Source: Azolla caroliniana (lineage: Eukaryota; Plantae; Polypodiophyta). From it: 64,000 nucleotides of DNA. Numbering within the stretch: position 1 is the first letter of the stretch; every line of letters begins with the position of its first letter. The notes under the pieces were generated by a model. That model saw only the letters and a program-made list of their open reading frames with translations. It ran no database searches and was not told where the DNA came from. The translations under genes and the position numbers were made by a program. Positions 24,231 through 37,000 of this stretch are shown piece after piece. The stretch spans positions 4,092,001 to 4,156,000 of the forward strand of contig JBHGNT010000021.1 of assembly GCA_043228905.1 (NCBI GenBank), given 5' to 3'.

Positions 24231-26117
24231 TTATTCGGTTTCGGTTGGTAAGACTCTGTTCGGAGTTGACTAGGAACCTTAGTGGAGTGCAGTTGGTCGG
24301 CTCACCCGATATCGTTCTAGTCGGTCTTGAATCCGAGTCGGTTTGGTTTCAGATACTTGTTTGCTAAAACTTCTTGGAGTGACTCCGGTTAGCTTCCGAT
24401 TGTATGCCGAATACCGATCACAAGAAACCGATTGTTTAGGCCGATTCTGCTTCAGATGACTGCAACGATGAGACGGATGGATCCAACTGATCCTCTTGAA
24501 TGTTGATCAGCCAAATGAAACACGAATTTGGTTGTTTCCTGGAGACCAATTTGCAACGGGTGGTTACAACAAGCGGGTGAATAGCGTCCGGTGACCTATT
24601 CGGACGTTGTTTAACCAAATGAAGCACAATTGGGTCGGGTGTTGCACAAGGAGCTCACCTCAAGTGGTTACAATCACAGGAACAGAGCACAGTCGGCTAA
24701 CTTACTCCAATGAGTGATTTAACACAGTGAGATGCAGACTTCTTGTTTGTCTTCTCTCTTCTCTGTTCTTCAAGAAAAACAGAACCAGAATGTTGTGTGG
24801 TGTACTATGACGGCCGGCAGCAGGTTGAAGAACCTCCAACGCTCTGATACCAAATGTTGGGGACAAGGTCGTTAGTGCGGAAGAACAAACAACATTTGTG
24901 ATGTTGAAGGACCTGTGTATGAGAATAAACCAGATACACACACACAGAGATAGGCCCAAAAGAAACGTTTTATTTCTTAATAGGAACAGTTACAAAACGA
25001 CAACCAACAACCCCCTCACTAAAGGTTACAAAGTCACTTTATATAGTGACTATCCTAGGGCAACTACCCTTTATGCTATTTACAGAAATAGCCAAACTTG
25101 GGCTGTCCAAAGGGACAGTGTGAATACGGCCATTATACACTCGTATTAGACATGGTCCTTGACCCACTCGCGTGGTTTTCTTCGACCATCAACATGGATT
25201 GTAAGTTGAAGAAGGATGGTGGCTTCTCCCGCGTGCAGATTGCCGTCCGGATTGGCTTGTACCGTTGTGCTAGACCACCGAGGCAGATTTGAACCATCTC
25301 GTCTTCGTCCATCGTCATGTTGATGGACCCAAGCGCGTCACAAATCTCCTTTATCTTGGTGGTGTAGTCGGTCACGAACATATGCCTCTGTTGGATATTG
25401 TTGAGCTATTGTCGGAGCTGCAACTTCCATGTTGTGGTACTAGCAGCGAAAATCTTCCGAAGATTTTCCCAGGCCTCCTTTGGCGTTTTTGCATCTTTGA
25501 TGTAGCTGAGCATTTGATCGTGCACACCGGATGCGAGGTAGTACAATAATCGGCTCGCTCCTTGCTCCCATGCCAGGAAGTCCTTGTGTGCCAACTCCAG
25601 TGCTACCTCGGTGGTTCCTTCCACATAGCTCCAATATCCATGCCCTAGTAGGTACTGGTGTATTTTATATGATCAGGATGCATAGTTGCTACGGTCGAGC
25701 TTTTCTGTGGGAAGCAAACTTGCCATACCTTTGCCGGGTATTAGGGTTGGTCTTCGAAGTGTTTGTTGGCTGCAAAGGTTCTCAATCCTCGCGCTCGGAT
25801 ACCATGTAAAAGTAAACGTGCGGGAGCATTCGACAAACCAGCTCAGTCGGATAGCAACAGAAGATGAGAAGAAAAGTTAACACACATAGAGAGTATGCGT
25901 ACACAGGAGAGAGAGAGAGAGAGAGAGAGAGATAGACAGACAGACAGACAGAGAGACAGAATGTAAACTCTATTCAAAAAATACTCTAAAACTCTCTCTA
26001 CTTTGAATCTGCTCCAGGTCATCGGTTTGAATCCGATAGCGGGTACGGACATGTCTAAATTGGGCGGGCCCCTTCTGAATCTGAAGGAGTGGGAAGCTAG
26101 CCCTTCTTTTCTTTGGG

Positions 26118-26977
26118 GGCGGGTATAACTTAATGGTCAGAGTGTCAAATTGTGAATTTGAAAACACGGTGTCGTGAAGATTTCCGGCCATGGTGTGAAA
26201 CCGGGATAGAAAGGGCAAATTGGTGGTGGTGTGCAACATGTGCACATGCAGTTGTATATTTGTTTAATAAGAATAAGATAGTCAAAATGTAAGGGAAGGG
26301 TAATAATCTAAGGTGCCAAAGGGGCACCACGGAATTCGTGGAGAGTAAATGTGATGTGCACTTGTAGACTAGGGAGAGGTACATAAGGAACAAGAGTGTA
26401 GGAGTGATGGGCATTGAATAGGACGGCTAGGTGAGTGAGAGTTATGGCTGACGGTCTCAAGATCGAGATCAAATATTCTCCTTTGAAAAGGAGAAGGGGG
26501 AATTTGACCACTCATCTTGTATTGGGCCTCACCCCTTACATCTATAAAGGGGGGTGAGGGGTCACATTTGGAAGGGGTTGCCTAATTTTGAGTGTGTGTG
26601 AGGTATACCACTTAGTCTAGGGTTCTCCTTCTTCCCATTTCGTTTTAGGGTTAGGGTTCGCTTAGGGTTTTCTTATTCTTCTTCTTCCTACTAATTCACT
26701 TACGGTTTCATATATCGTGGGGTGCGGCCTATGCGGCCACAATTATTGTAATCATTCATTTCTTAATAGAACTTCTTGTTGAGTATCTTGACTCGATCTT
26801 CTTCTTATTCTTCTATCATAATGTCATATTCGTTCTCTTCTCCTCTTGAGCTAATCTTCCATTCGTTGTCTTAACCTTTCTCCTCTTCTCCCTAGTCCAA
26901 GACCCCTATGGTCCCGCCTAGGATCTACACGTACTCGCGAAACTTCACGACAACTGGTTCAAATCCCATTACTCACC
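26118..26977 (+). tRNA. trnH: tRNA-His(GUG) pseudogene of organellar type, split by solo LTR 26170-26952
   Basis: Rejoined: G GCGGGTA TA ACTTAATGGTCAGAGT G TCAAA TTGTGAA TTTGA AAAC ACGGG TTCAAAT CCCAT TACTCAC C. Cloverleaf with GTG anticodon and an encoded G-1:C73 pair. Confidence 0.8.
26170..26952 (+). mobile_element. Solo LTR (TGTCG...CGACA family)
   Basis: TIR TGTCGTGAAG/CTTCACGACA; flanks ACGG/ACTG; TATA ctataaagg; conserved U5 motif. Confidence 0.88.
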
Positions 26978-29337
26978 AATTGAGTATAGAAACCAGAAAC
27001 TCTATACTCCCCATGCATACGTGTGGGTCCTACATCTTTAACTCTGTTTTACAATGTGCTAGACAACACTATTTATACAAGTCCTTAAAGGATTGACAGA
27101 AGTACAATGTACTTCAATGCTCCTACGAGCGATTGACACTAACTCCCAAAAATATGCCTACTTACTAGGCTGGATCCGTAGGCCTCTAACGGCCTACCGG
27201 TTTCAATCTGATCCGGCTCCTGGTTCCGGATATCATCCGGACACCGATCCAACTCTGGCTTATTCAGCCGATCCGGATCCGGTTTAGCTTGCTCGCTCAA
27301 CAAGTTTGAATGGCAATTCACACGACTCTCGACCCTAGAGCGGACCGTGTTCAATACAAGGTCCTGTTGTTTGTGAAGTTGGTCAACTTGCTTGATGGTA
27401 AGAAGGTGGATCTCCTCTTGGAGACGGACGAAGGGCTCACGGCCGACTGGGCTATGGTTAAAAGAGTTTGCAGCCGTTTCAACAAATGGTGCGATTGGAA
27501 TGACAGGGGGCCATCGGCCATAGGCCTGGCTGCTGGGAAGAAGCCGGAGGAACCGATTTCGACATGATCGGAGGAAACACAAAGGTGCCTCGAATCAGGC
27601 GTGGTTCCGACCGACGTGCTCAAGGGCCCATCGGAGGGCACATCTCTGGAGGAGCTGATGAAGATGGTGTGTGATTTCCAAATCGTGGAAGCCCGAAGAA
27701 ATGGTGGGGGACAATCGCATGACCGGAGGCCCCCGAACGACCAATGATGCATGTGGTGCGATGCTATCGGCCACATTCAGAGAGATTGCGGTTAGTTCGT
27801 TGACACGCTTAGGAGCACTGTAGTGTACCTATGGAATGGATAGGTGCACGCATGCGAGACCCAGAAACCCTAGAGCTGAACACCGGCCAGGGAAGAATGA
27901 AGAGGCTAATTGTGGAAGCTGCGGCCCGGAACGTTGAGGCCATCGACTTCGGGAGGGATTTGGGTAGGCAGAGAGAAGGGCACCGCATCTGGAAGGAATA
28001 CCAGATTCTAACCGCTCGTACTGGAAGGCCTCTTGGGGGTGAGGCTACGGAAGGAAGAGGTGGACCGTGCGGAGAGGCGGGTCCAAGAGGGCACCGGATG
28101 GAACGATCCGGTAGAAGAGAAAACCGGCTTCATGGAAGCCGTGTGCCAGAACTATGAGGTTCTTGCAGAAGACAAGTGGGCTGGAAAATCCGGAATGGCC
28201 GGACCTTCGAACTGATATGAGACCTGGAGCGGTCGGAAGATAAATGACGGAGGCCTGACTGGCTCACAGGAGAAGATGAAGTTGTCGAGCTTCCAATTGA
28301 GCTCGGAGATGGAAAGGGCGACAAACCTACAAAAGTTCTTGGGGGAGTGGATCCTCGACAATCGCTGGAACTCACGCTACGAGATGTGATAGGGATAAGG
28401 AAGAAGGAGTTCCATTATGGCATCATCGATCTAGTGAAGAGAAAGAGATTCTCATCGGAGCCGAAACCAGAGAAACCGGTCGAGGTGAGGACAACATTTA
28501 TCGATGAAGTGGCAGTAGAAGACAAATACGCCGAAAGCCACTACATGAGACCACACTGGGCAAGGGCTATGACGGTGATGCCGGTCCGGATCGAGGATGT
28601 GAAGGAGCCGGTAGTAGCGTTGATCGACCACGGGTCGGAAATCAACCTGATGTCGATGGACTTCTACAAGAAGGGAATGTGGCCCATCAACACCAAGCAC
28701 AGGTGGAATATACGCGGAGCGACTCGCACCATGGAAGAGCTTCACGAGGCATGCCTGAATGTTCGAGTGAAGGTTGGCGATGTCAAGATTGACCAACACT
28801 TATTCGTACAGGAGACATCCTCCCATCCAGTCATCCTCGGCGAACCATACATCACAATGGCTCGAATGGAGACAAAGGTGTTTGACAATGGTTCAGCCTA
28901 CACAAGGGTGAAGAGTCAGGACGACCGGCACTCCGTTCAGTTCCTGACAGTCCAACCGAACCACGAGCTGAATCGAGATTCTCTCGGTGGTGAAGGCCGA
29001 GAGGATTTTTAGAGAGGTCTATCAAGGTGTGGGGCCGCGATAGTCCGGACAACCGGAAGAAACCCCACACCTATACCATAGGTAGGAATTTTTGGTTCTC
29101 TGATAGTGGAGGTTGTACCATAACTCACATCGGTGGCTGAGAGAAAAGAACTGTTCAAAGGCACTTGAAGGCATGCGGAGCCTTGGACCTTGAAGAATCA
29201 ATAAGCGGTGTCATGGAGGCGGTCTCATTCGATGACACCCTCGGCGAGATCGAGAAGCTGATCAAAGAAGGCCTAAGTGACGACAGGATGATTCCGGTCA
29301 ATTCAATCGAGATGTACGAAGTCATTGAGGACGTCGT

Positions 29338-29655
29338 TGTTACCCGTATAACTGTACGGGAGGGATAGGTGTAATGTGGAAGGTGTAATATGAAATGTTA
29401 ATGTGTGAGTGTGAGGTGGGGTAAGTAGATGTAACTACCCCCATTTGGCTTTTTGTAATGTTTGATCAGATCTTGTACTATTTAAACCCCACCCGTGGGG
29501 CATGGAAAAAAAGGAGAAATATATTGAAGTTACCCTCAACCGTGTGTCTCGACTCTCTCTCTCTCTCTTTGCATCTTTCCCTCTCTCCCCTCACATTTGA
29601 ACCCCCTTGGGAGGGGGGTGGAGCCGATCTTGGCTCCACCCCCCACCTATCAACA
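29338..29655 (+). mobile_element. Probable small solo LTR
   Basis: TGTT...AACA ends, TATA-like tatttaaa, interrupts the gypsy sequence; TSD imperfect (GTCGT/TTCGG). Confidence 0.55.
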
Positions 29656-30017
29656 TTCGGGAGGATGGTCGGGTCGGATTAGATGGCCCGAGTAGATACC
29701 AAGTATAAGTCTGCGGACCGGAAGGTGAGGCCAGTCACGGCATCCTTACCGGAGGACAACTGGGAGCGAATGAAGGGGGTCGCGACTGACCCAAGTCAGC
29801 GAGATCCGGTCGGCATAGGACACCAATTCACTGATGAGACGCTAGGAGAGCTGAAGATCAGTGGGGGTGGGTGGCTTCCTACTACCTGCGGAGGACCGGT
29901 TTCGGAGGATGCTCGGAAGGAATGGGAAAGCCTCCGCAGTCTCACCGGGGGAGATCAGGTGTGTCGACCCGACAGTCTTAGAACTGATTGTGATCTTCAT
30001 GGTACCGCATGTGTCAT

Positions 30018-30752
30018 TGTTAGGAAACAGGTCCCTCCGGATGGGAAGTAAGAAGAACAGTACTGACAAGCACCCAGCTACGAAAGACTAGGTGAGAACC
30101 GGATGACGAGTACCCGGCTACGGAAGACCTGGTGAGAACCGGATGACGAGTACCCGACAATAGCCGGATGGTGAAGACCCGGTGAGAACCGGATGACGAG
30201 TACCCGACAAGAGCCGGATGGTGAAGACTCGGTGAGAACCGGATGACGTGTGCCCGGCAAGTGCCGGATGATGCAGGCCCGGTGAGGAGTGCTCACCGGA
30301 TGAAGGGACATATTCGTAAATATGTTTATGAGAGTCCATCGGGGCTATATTTGTAAATAGCCGAAAAGTCATATTAGTATAAATATGACTTAGGGCAAAC
30401 TTTAGTTTGTGTTGTTGTCATTCTTGTTGGCGCAAGATTAGAGCGCAACAGTGTACAGAGAGAGAGAGAGAGAGAGAGGAAGAGGTCGTTGCCTCTGTTG
30501 TAACCGCCGCCTGTGGAAAAGATAGCAAGCTCGAGGTCGTTGCCTCGATGCTTCACTATTGTACATTCTGATATAGTGATAGTTTGCAGTCCGTGGGCTG
30601 CCATGGTTTTTTCCCTAGTTTGGGTTTTCCACGTAAACATCCTGTGTACTCTTCTCTCCATTGTGTCGTGCATTCATTCCCGTTTTTCTGTGTTTGATTC
30701 TAAGCTTGGTTGTGGCCAAGTGTTGTTCATCGGAGCGTGTAGTTCCCTGTCG
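30018..30752 (+). mobile_element. Copia solo LTR related to Copia A, in opposite orientation, with tandem repeats in U3
   Basis: TSD GTCAT; tataaatatgacttagggcaaac is the reverse complement of Copia A LTR sequence; removal restores PHVSWGLKPIP; ggtgagaaccggatgacgagtacccg repeated over 30091-30300. Confidence 0.88.
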
Positions 30753-33700
30753 GTCATGGGGTCTCAAACCGATTCCGGTACCGAGGGCTCACGTCCCAAA
30801 ACTGATGGAGCTGAATAAGCAAAAGGTGGAGATGGGGATTCTCGAGTTGTCAAGTGCCCCTTATTTGTATCAGGGGTTTACAGTGCCGAAGAAGAACGAC
30901 ACATTGCGCTTCATTTAGGACCTGCAACCCATCAACCAAGTGACAATCCAGAATGCAGAGGTGGGACCGACCATCGATGAGTTCGCGGAGGCTTTCACTG
31001 GAAGGTCGATCTAAAGAGCCAGTGACTTTTAATCCAAGTATGACCAGTTCCAACTAGCCATGGAGGGCAGGGATATCACGATGATGCAAACCCCTCTCGG
31101 CCCAATTCGGATGTGTACCCTACCGCAGAGTGGAACAAATTCGGTGGCACACATGGTGAATGCGATGAACAAGGTGCAAAGGGACTGCACCCCAAAGATC
31201 ACCATGTTGTTCTTGGATGACATTCCAATCAAGGGATGTCCGGAGGACACAAAGGAAGAATCGGTCTGAGTGGACGGATGTCAGAAGTTTTTCGCGAACC
31301 ACATCTCCGATTACGAGGAGATACTGCAGAGGCTTGAGGGCATTCAACTTAACTTCTCTAGGGAGAAGTCAGCATTCGGACAATCGGAGATCCTAGTGGT
31401 CGAACACCTATGCTGACCATATAGCCGGACACCATCTCCGGAGAAGGTAGAGACCATTTGGCAATGAAGGAGTGCAGGTCGGTCATGGAAGTCCAATGGT
31501 TTCTGGGAGCATGCACCTTCTACCGGATTTGGATCCCGCACTACATGCATATCGTTGAACCGCTCTATGGCTTGTTGAAGAAAAGCTGGAAATTTGAATG
31601 GAGTGACGAGCACATGGAGGCGGTTCGAAGACTGAAGGAGATGCTGACAGCGGCCCCAACTCTTTGGCTCTCTGGAAAGTGGTATACAAGGCAGACACTC
31701 TGGTTTATGTGACGGTGGACACGAGTCCGATCGGAATCGGATGGGTGATCAATCAGGAGGAAGAAGCCGGCACACGGTTCCCCATTTGGTTTGGTGCGAA
31801 GGTACTAAGTGAGTGGCAACAAGGATATGCCCAAGTTAAACGCGAATTGTGGGGTATCATTTTGGTGGTCAAGTCTGACAAAGACTACTTGATCGGGACA
31901 AAGGTAATTATCGAGACAAACTTCCTACCGATTCTTGAGATGGTTCCCGGATGCGCACCTTCGGACTTGACAATGCTCGGGTGGATCGCGTACATCAAGT
32001 CCCTGAATCCAGAGATTCGGCACATCTTCAGTAATGACAACGCCATGGCCGATATGCTTTCAAGAGCACGGTTCGATAACGAGGATGACATGGTGTCGGA
32101 AGACGAAGAAGTCGACGTGGACTTCTTCGAGTTGGCTCAGATGTCGGCAAACAAACGGAGCACTCCGGCCCTGAATGAGTTCGACGAGAACGACTACGAT
32201 GGGGAGTGGTTCAAGATCAATAAGTTCCTAAGGACTATGGCACCGGACACGTCATGGACAAAGGAGGAAGCGAGTCCGATCAGGAAGAAGGCTTACCTTT
32301 TCTTCCTATGAAACGGTAAGATCTGATGACATCCGAAGAAGTGGACCCGCACACCACTCCTATTTGTGGTGAAAGGGGAGGAACAGGTAGTGCTCATGTT
32401 GGAATTTCATGAAAGCCCCTGTCCCGGACACCGGGGCACATGGACGACGTTTGAGAAGCTGAAGGAGAAGTAATGGTGGCAAGGAATGTATCATGACGTG
32501 GACCACTTCGTGACGACATGCGAGAGCTGTCAAATGCATTCCGGGATTTGGCACCACGATGAGCTGCACCCGACCTACCCGCCAACCATTCACTTTAAGT
32601 GGATGGTCGATTTAGTGACGATGTCAATGGGGATAGGGCAAATGCGATATCTGGTGCTTGCACGGGACGACCTGATGAACTAGGTGGAGGGTCGAGCGTT
32701 GCCGAATAAGACGATTGCGGTCATGTGCCGGTTCTTGATAGGGGATGTGATCTGTCGGTATGGGTGCGTGGGAAAAATTGTGGCCAACTGCGAGGAACTA
32801 GACGCACGGGAAGCAGAGGAATTGTTCGACCGACTAGGGGTCAAGCTCTCCCTCAAAACGACGTACAATCCGGAGGCGAATGGGAAGGTCGAGAGGGGGC
32901 ACTGGTCGATTGTGAAAGTGTTAGTACGGGCATGCGACGGACGAGTCGGAAACTGGCTGAGGCTTCTTCCCTATATGCTATGGGCCAACTGGTCTACACA
33001 TAGTTCGGTAACTAGGTATATGCAAGCCGAACTCATATTCGGGCAGAAACCGATCATGCCTGTGGAGCGGACAATAGCCTCATGGGTGTCAGTTGACTAG
33101 TCGGATGAGATGAGTCAGGACGAGCTACTAGCGGCTCGGAGGTGGGGGTAGAACAACCCGATCTAGAATGGAACTAGCATTGTAAGGTTCCAACAATGAG
33201 ACATGAAATATTGGGTGTAGATGCATGTGTGGGGGCAGATCAAGGCGGAATGAAACAACATTGATTTGATGAGAGATAATAAATGGACCAAGTCGTTGAT
33301 AATCCAACTTATCACAAGGTCTAGTGGTCTTCACATTACGTCGTAATAGCCATACACAATCCCCAATTTGAAATTTTGGTTCCTCTGGTGAGGAGTCAAG
33401 ATGATGACGATCTGTAACTTCTTGTGTGTAGCTTGCGCCGTTTGCAAATGGTGAGAAAGTGCAACATGAACTTCTTGGAGTTGACGTAGACGGTCCTCAG
33501 CAGTAGGATTTTTCGACATTTCTAGATGTTCGATCATCATCCAACCGGGATGATATCCTATGTTTGCAAAAAATGGAGTCTATCCTGCTGAGGAATGAAC
33601 TGAATTATTGTATGCAAACTCTACAAAGTGTAAAAAATCCACCCAATCATCCTGTTGATAATTGATCAAACATCGAAGATATTGTTCTAGAGTTTGATTT

Positions 33701-34048
33701 GTGCGATCGGTTTGACCGTCACTTTGTGGATGATAGCTTGAAGAAAGTTTACAAGAGACTTTGAGCATCTCAAGAAAGTGTTTGCAAAATTATGAGATGA
33801 ATTGTGGGCCACGATCACTAATGATGTCATTTAAAAGACCATGAACCCGAAACAGTTCTTTTATAATGATGCCTGCAGTTTCTTTACTATTGATAGTTTT
33901 CGTGCATGGAAGAAAATGTGCCATCTTTGTGAATCGATCTACTACAATGAGGATATCATCAAAACTCTCTAAAAGTGGAAGATCTATTATAAAGTCCACA
34001 AAGATGGATTTCCACGAACCAGTAGGAACTGGCAATGGTTGTAATAAC

Positions 34049-37000
34049 TGTTAAGAATTAGGTAAGTAATTAAGTATGGTTAATTAGTACCTAATTATGT
34101 GATCAAGTTAATAAGCAAAAGATTAAGTGATATGTGTGTTTATGTGTGTGAGAGGAAGAGAGAGAGAGATACACTTATGAGCAACACAAGATGGGGGATG
34201 ATTAACTCTATATTAAATTAGCATTATCATCATCAAATACAAAAATACCCACAATGAGGTATATATAGATCTCATGTGCAAAGGTGCACATGTGTGAGTA
34301 GAATATAGGTACTAAGGTGTAAGTCCTATATTAAATGTACTTAGGAGTGGAGGATCTAGAATATCCCACTTAAGTACAAGGTCCTATTTAAGTCGTTATA
34401 GTCAACACTTCTAACTAGATTCTATCTAGGTAACTACGAAGTTACATGGTTGACTAACTAACTAAACTAAGTGTGAGGCATTCGACATCCGCTTTGGCTT
34501 TTGTCAACTTCGTGTGCTTCTGTCCGGCCCTCAGCTTTCTTCGCCGTCGCAATCTCGGTTCCTCCCCCTCAAGCCGGTGACGAAGGCTTGTAGTGTGTGG
34601 GCAAAGATCGACTACTTCCACCCATCGTGGGTTACAAGCCGCTTCGGTGGAGCTCTTGGGCTCTTGTTCGGCCGCTACCTTCATCGCGAAGGCATAATGA
34701 TGAGCCATGTACTTGTTGTAGCCATGCCGAGTGAAGGGGTTCTTAGCTCTAGATGAGCGTCGAAGTTTTTCGCTCGCCGATGTGAGCACCTTCTTTACTC
34801 CAGGTGTCCGCATGATGGGTACACCGTACTCACTATCTAGTGAGGGAGCCGATCCATCCGAATCATTGTCGTCGGGGTGGTCAACTTCGTATTCAGGCAT
34901 CTTACCTTTTCCTTTGTCCAAGTTCGTACTTGGTCGTGACATGCTTTGGTCGTGTGGGGGCTCTTGTGGCCCACTAGGCATTGTCGTAATCGGACTTTCT
35001 TCGAACATGTGTTCGAAGCTATTTCCATCTTCTACCTCTTGCTCGGCGGATTCCAGGTCGAGCGGAGTCAGAGTCAAAGTTGTCTATTGTGTGTACCAAG
35101 ATGCGGACTCGTCGAAGACTATGTCTCGACTTACCCAAACCGCTCGGGTAGAAGGGTTGTAGCACTTGTATGCCTTCTTCTCGGATGAGTATCCTATGAG
35201 GATACATTCCTCCGACTTCGCGTCGGGCTTCTTTCATTGTTCGTTCGGAATGCGTACATTCACAATGCTTCCAAACACCTTGAGGTGCAATAGGATCAGC
35301 TTCCTTCCGACGAGGAGCTCGTATGGAGTTAGCTCATGGACTCCATTGGTGGTGCACCGGTTCATCACATAGACCACCGTGGATGCATGTGCTTCTCAGC
35401 CCAATAGAAATTCGGCATGTGCTTCTCATGCATCATGGCGTGTGCTACCTCGAGTATTTGCCAATTCTTCCTTTCGGTGACTCCATTTTGTTGGGGTGTG
35501 TGTCAACACAAGAATTCTCTCCGAATGCCTTCACTTTGGAGGTAGGAGGTGAATTCATCGGAGAAGTACTCCTTTCCTCCGTCCGATCGTAGGCATCGAA
35601 TGTGTCGACTGGTTTCTTTTTCGACTTGGCCCTTGAGCTTTTGGAAGTGGGAGAACAATTCGCTCTTCTTCTTCATCGGGAAGATCCACCCGTAGTGCGA
35701 GTAGTCGTCGATGAAGGTTACGTAGTATCGGCATCCACCGATCATCGGCGTTTGAGCTGGTCCCCGTACATCCGAGTGTATGACATCGAGGAGGCCTTTG
35801 CTTGCGGAGCTCTCCTTCGGGAATGGGAGTTGATGTTGTTTGCCGAGTTGACACGCTTCACATACTTGGTCGACTCGAATGTCGGAAGTCCGATGATGAC
35901 TCCCTTGGTTTGCATAGCTCGGATCCGTTGGAGGTTTATATGGCCGATTCTCTTGTGCCACAACTCGATGCTTGTCTCAGTTTTGGGACTTTTAGCGTAC
36001 ATTGCCGATTTCACCTCATTCGAATCGAGGATGAACATTCGGCCGTCTCTCCGCCCCTTCACTATAAGTCGGCCATCTTTCTCAATGAAACAACCTTCAT
36101 TGTTGAAGTGGACTTGCATGCCTTGCTCCACGATTTGGCCGACCGAGACCAAATTCTTCATTATTGTGGGCACATCCAAGACATTCTTGATGCACGTTTG
36201 CTCTCCTTCTTTCCCAAATGGGACGTTGCTGATGTGCCGAATGGGATGTGTGCTCTCGTCTCCCATCTCTATGAAGCCGAGTCGATCCGGTGTACGCAAG
36301 TCACTGAACCACTCTTTGTGGGATGTCATGTGATGTGAGGCGCTGGAATCGACGAACCACACGTCTTCCAAATTGGAGGTTCTTGCGGAGTCGGAGGCCG
36401 TCATAGAGTTCGCTCTATGCCTCATTATGAATAGTCCACCGTAGTCGTCGTATTCGGAGTTGGTGGCGTAGTTTGTGAGTTGTCGACTTGTTGAAGCCGA
36501 CTCACTTCTCTTTTTCCGACACTCCGCCTCATAGTGGCCGATTTTGCCGCAATAATTGCAAGTTGTGGGCCTCATTTGCCGACCATGTTCGGCGTGGAAG
36601 CTCCCCCTTCTTCTGAAGGTTCCTCGATGGCTTTCGTGAAGGTTTGAGTTCCCTTCATGTGATGGGTCGAATTGATCTCTTCTACCGCCACGACCTCGTC
36701 CTCAGCCACCGTCTGAATTCGAGAAGAACATTTTTCCTTTCGAAGTCTTGCTTTTGGTTCGGACGTGGTTCTCTTCGACCAATAGCATTGATTGGAGGTC
36801 GAAGAATGAAGGAGGGTTTTCTCTCGCCATGATTGCGGTCCATAATGGATCGAATCGTTGTGCGAGGCCGCCCAAGCATACTTGAACCATCTCGTCTTCG
36901 TCGACGTTTATGTTTATGGAGCCAAGTTAGTCGCAAATGCTCTTGATCTTGGCGGTGTAGTCCGGCACGGACATGTCTTTTTGTCGAATGTTATTCAACT

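Larger units (their letters stand above)
19379..25152 (-). mobile_element. Decayed Ty1/copia element (Copia C) nested in the Copia B gag
   Basis: LTRs 19379-19683 and 24855-25152; TSD TGGTC; PBS TGGTATCAGAGC at 24841-24852; PPT at 19684-19690. Confidence 0.94.
26001..27049 (+). other. Short organelle-like (probably mitochondrial) DNA insert inside the Copia B 5' LTR, itself interrupted by a solo LTR
   Basis: Absent from the sister LTR (ctctctcta|tacaatg at ~14965); no clean TSD; contains a tRNA 3' half at 26016-26046 and a split tRNA-His. Confidence 0.6.
14776..27302 (-). mobile_element. Decayed Ty1/copia element (Copia B) with nested insertions
   Basis: LTRs 14776-15231 and 25805-27302; TSD AGTTT; PBS TGGTATCCGAGC at 25793-25804; PPT at 15232-15241. 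Confidence 0.93.
27308..33140 (+). pseudogene. Gag-pol remnant of the large gypsy element (the gag N-part lies at ~14535-14775)
   Basis: CMWCDAIGHIQRDC knuckle; ALIDHGSEINLM protease; PQSGTNS...FLDD RT; VDTSPIGIG...ADMLSR RNase H; YNPEANGKVER integrase. Confidence 0.9.
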
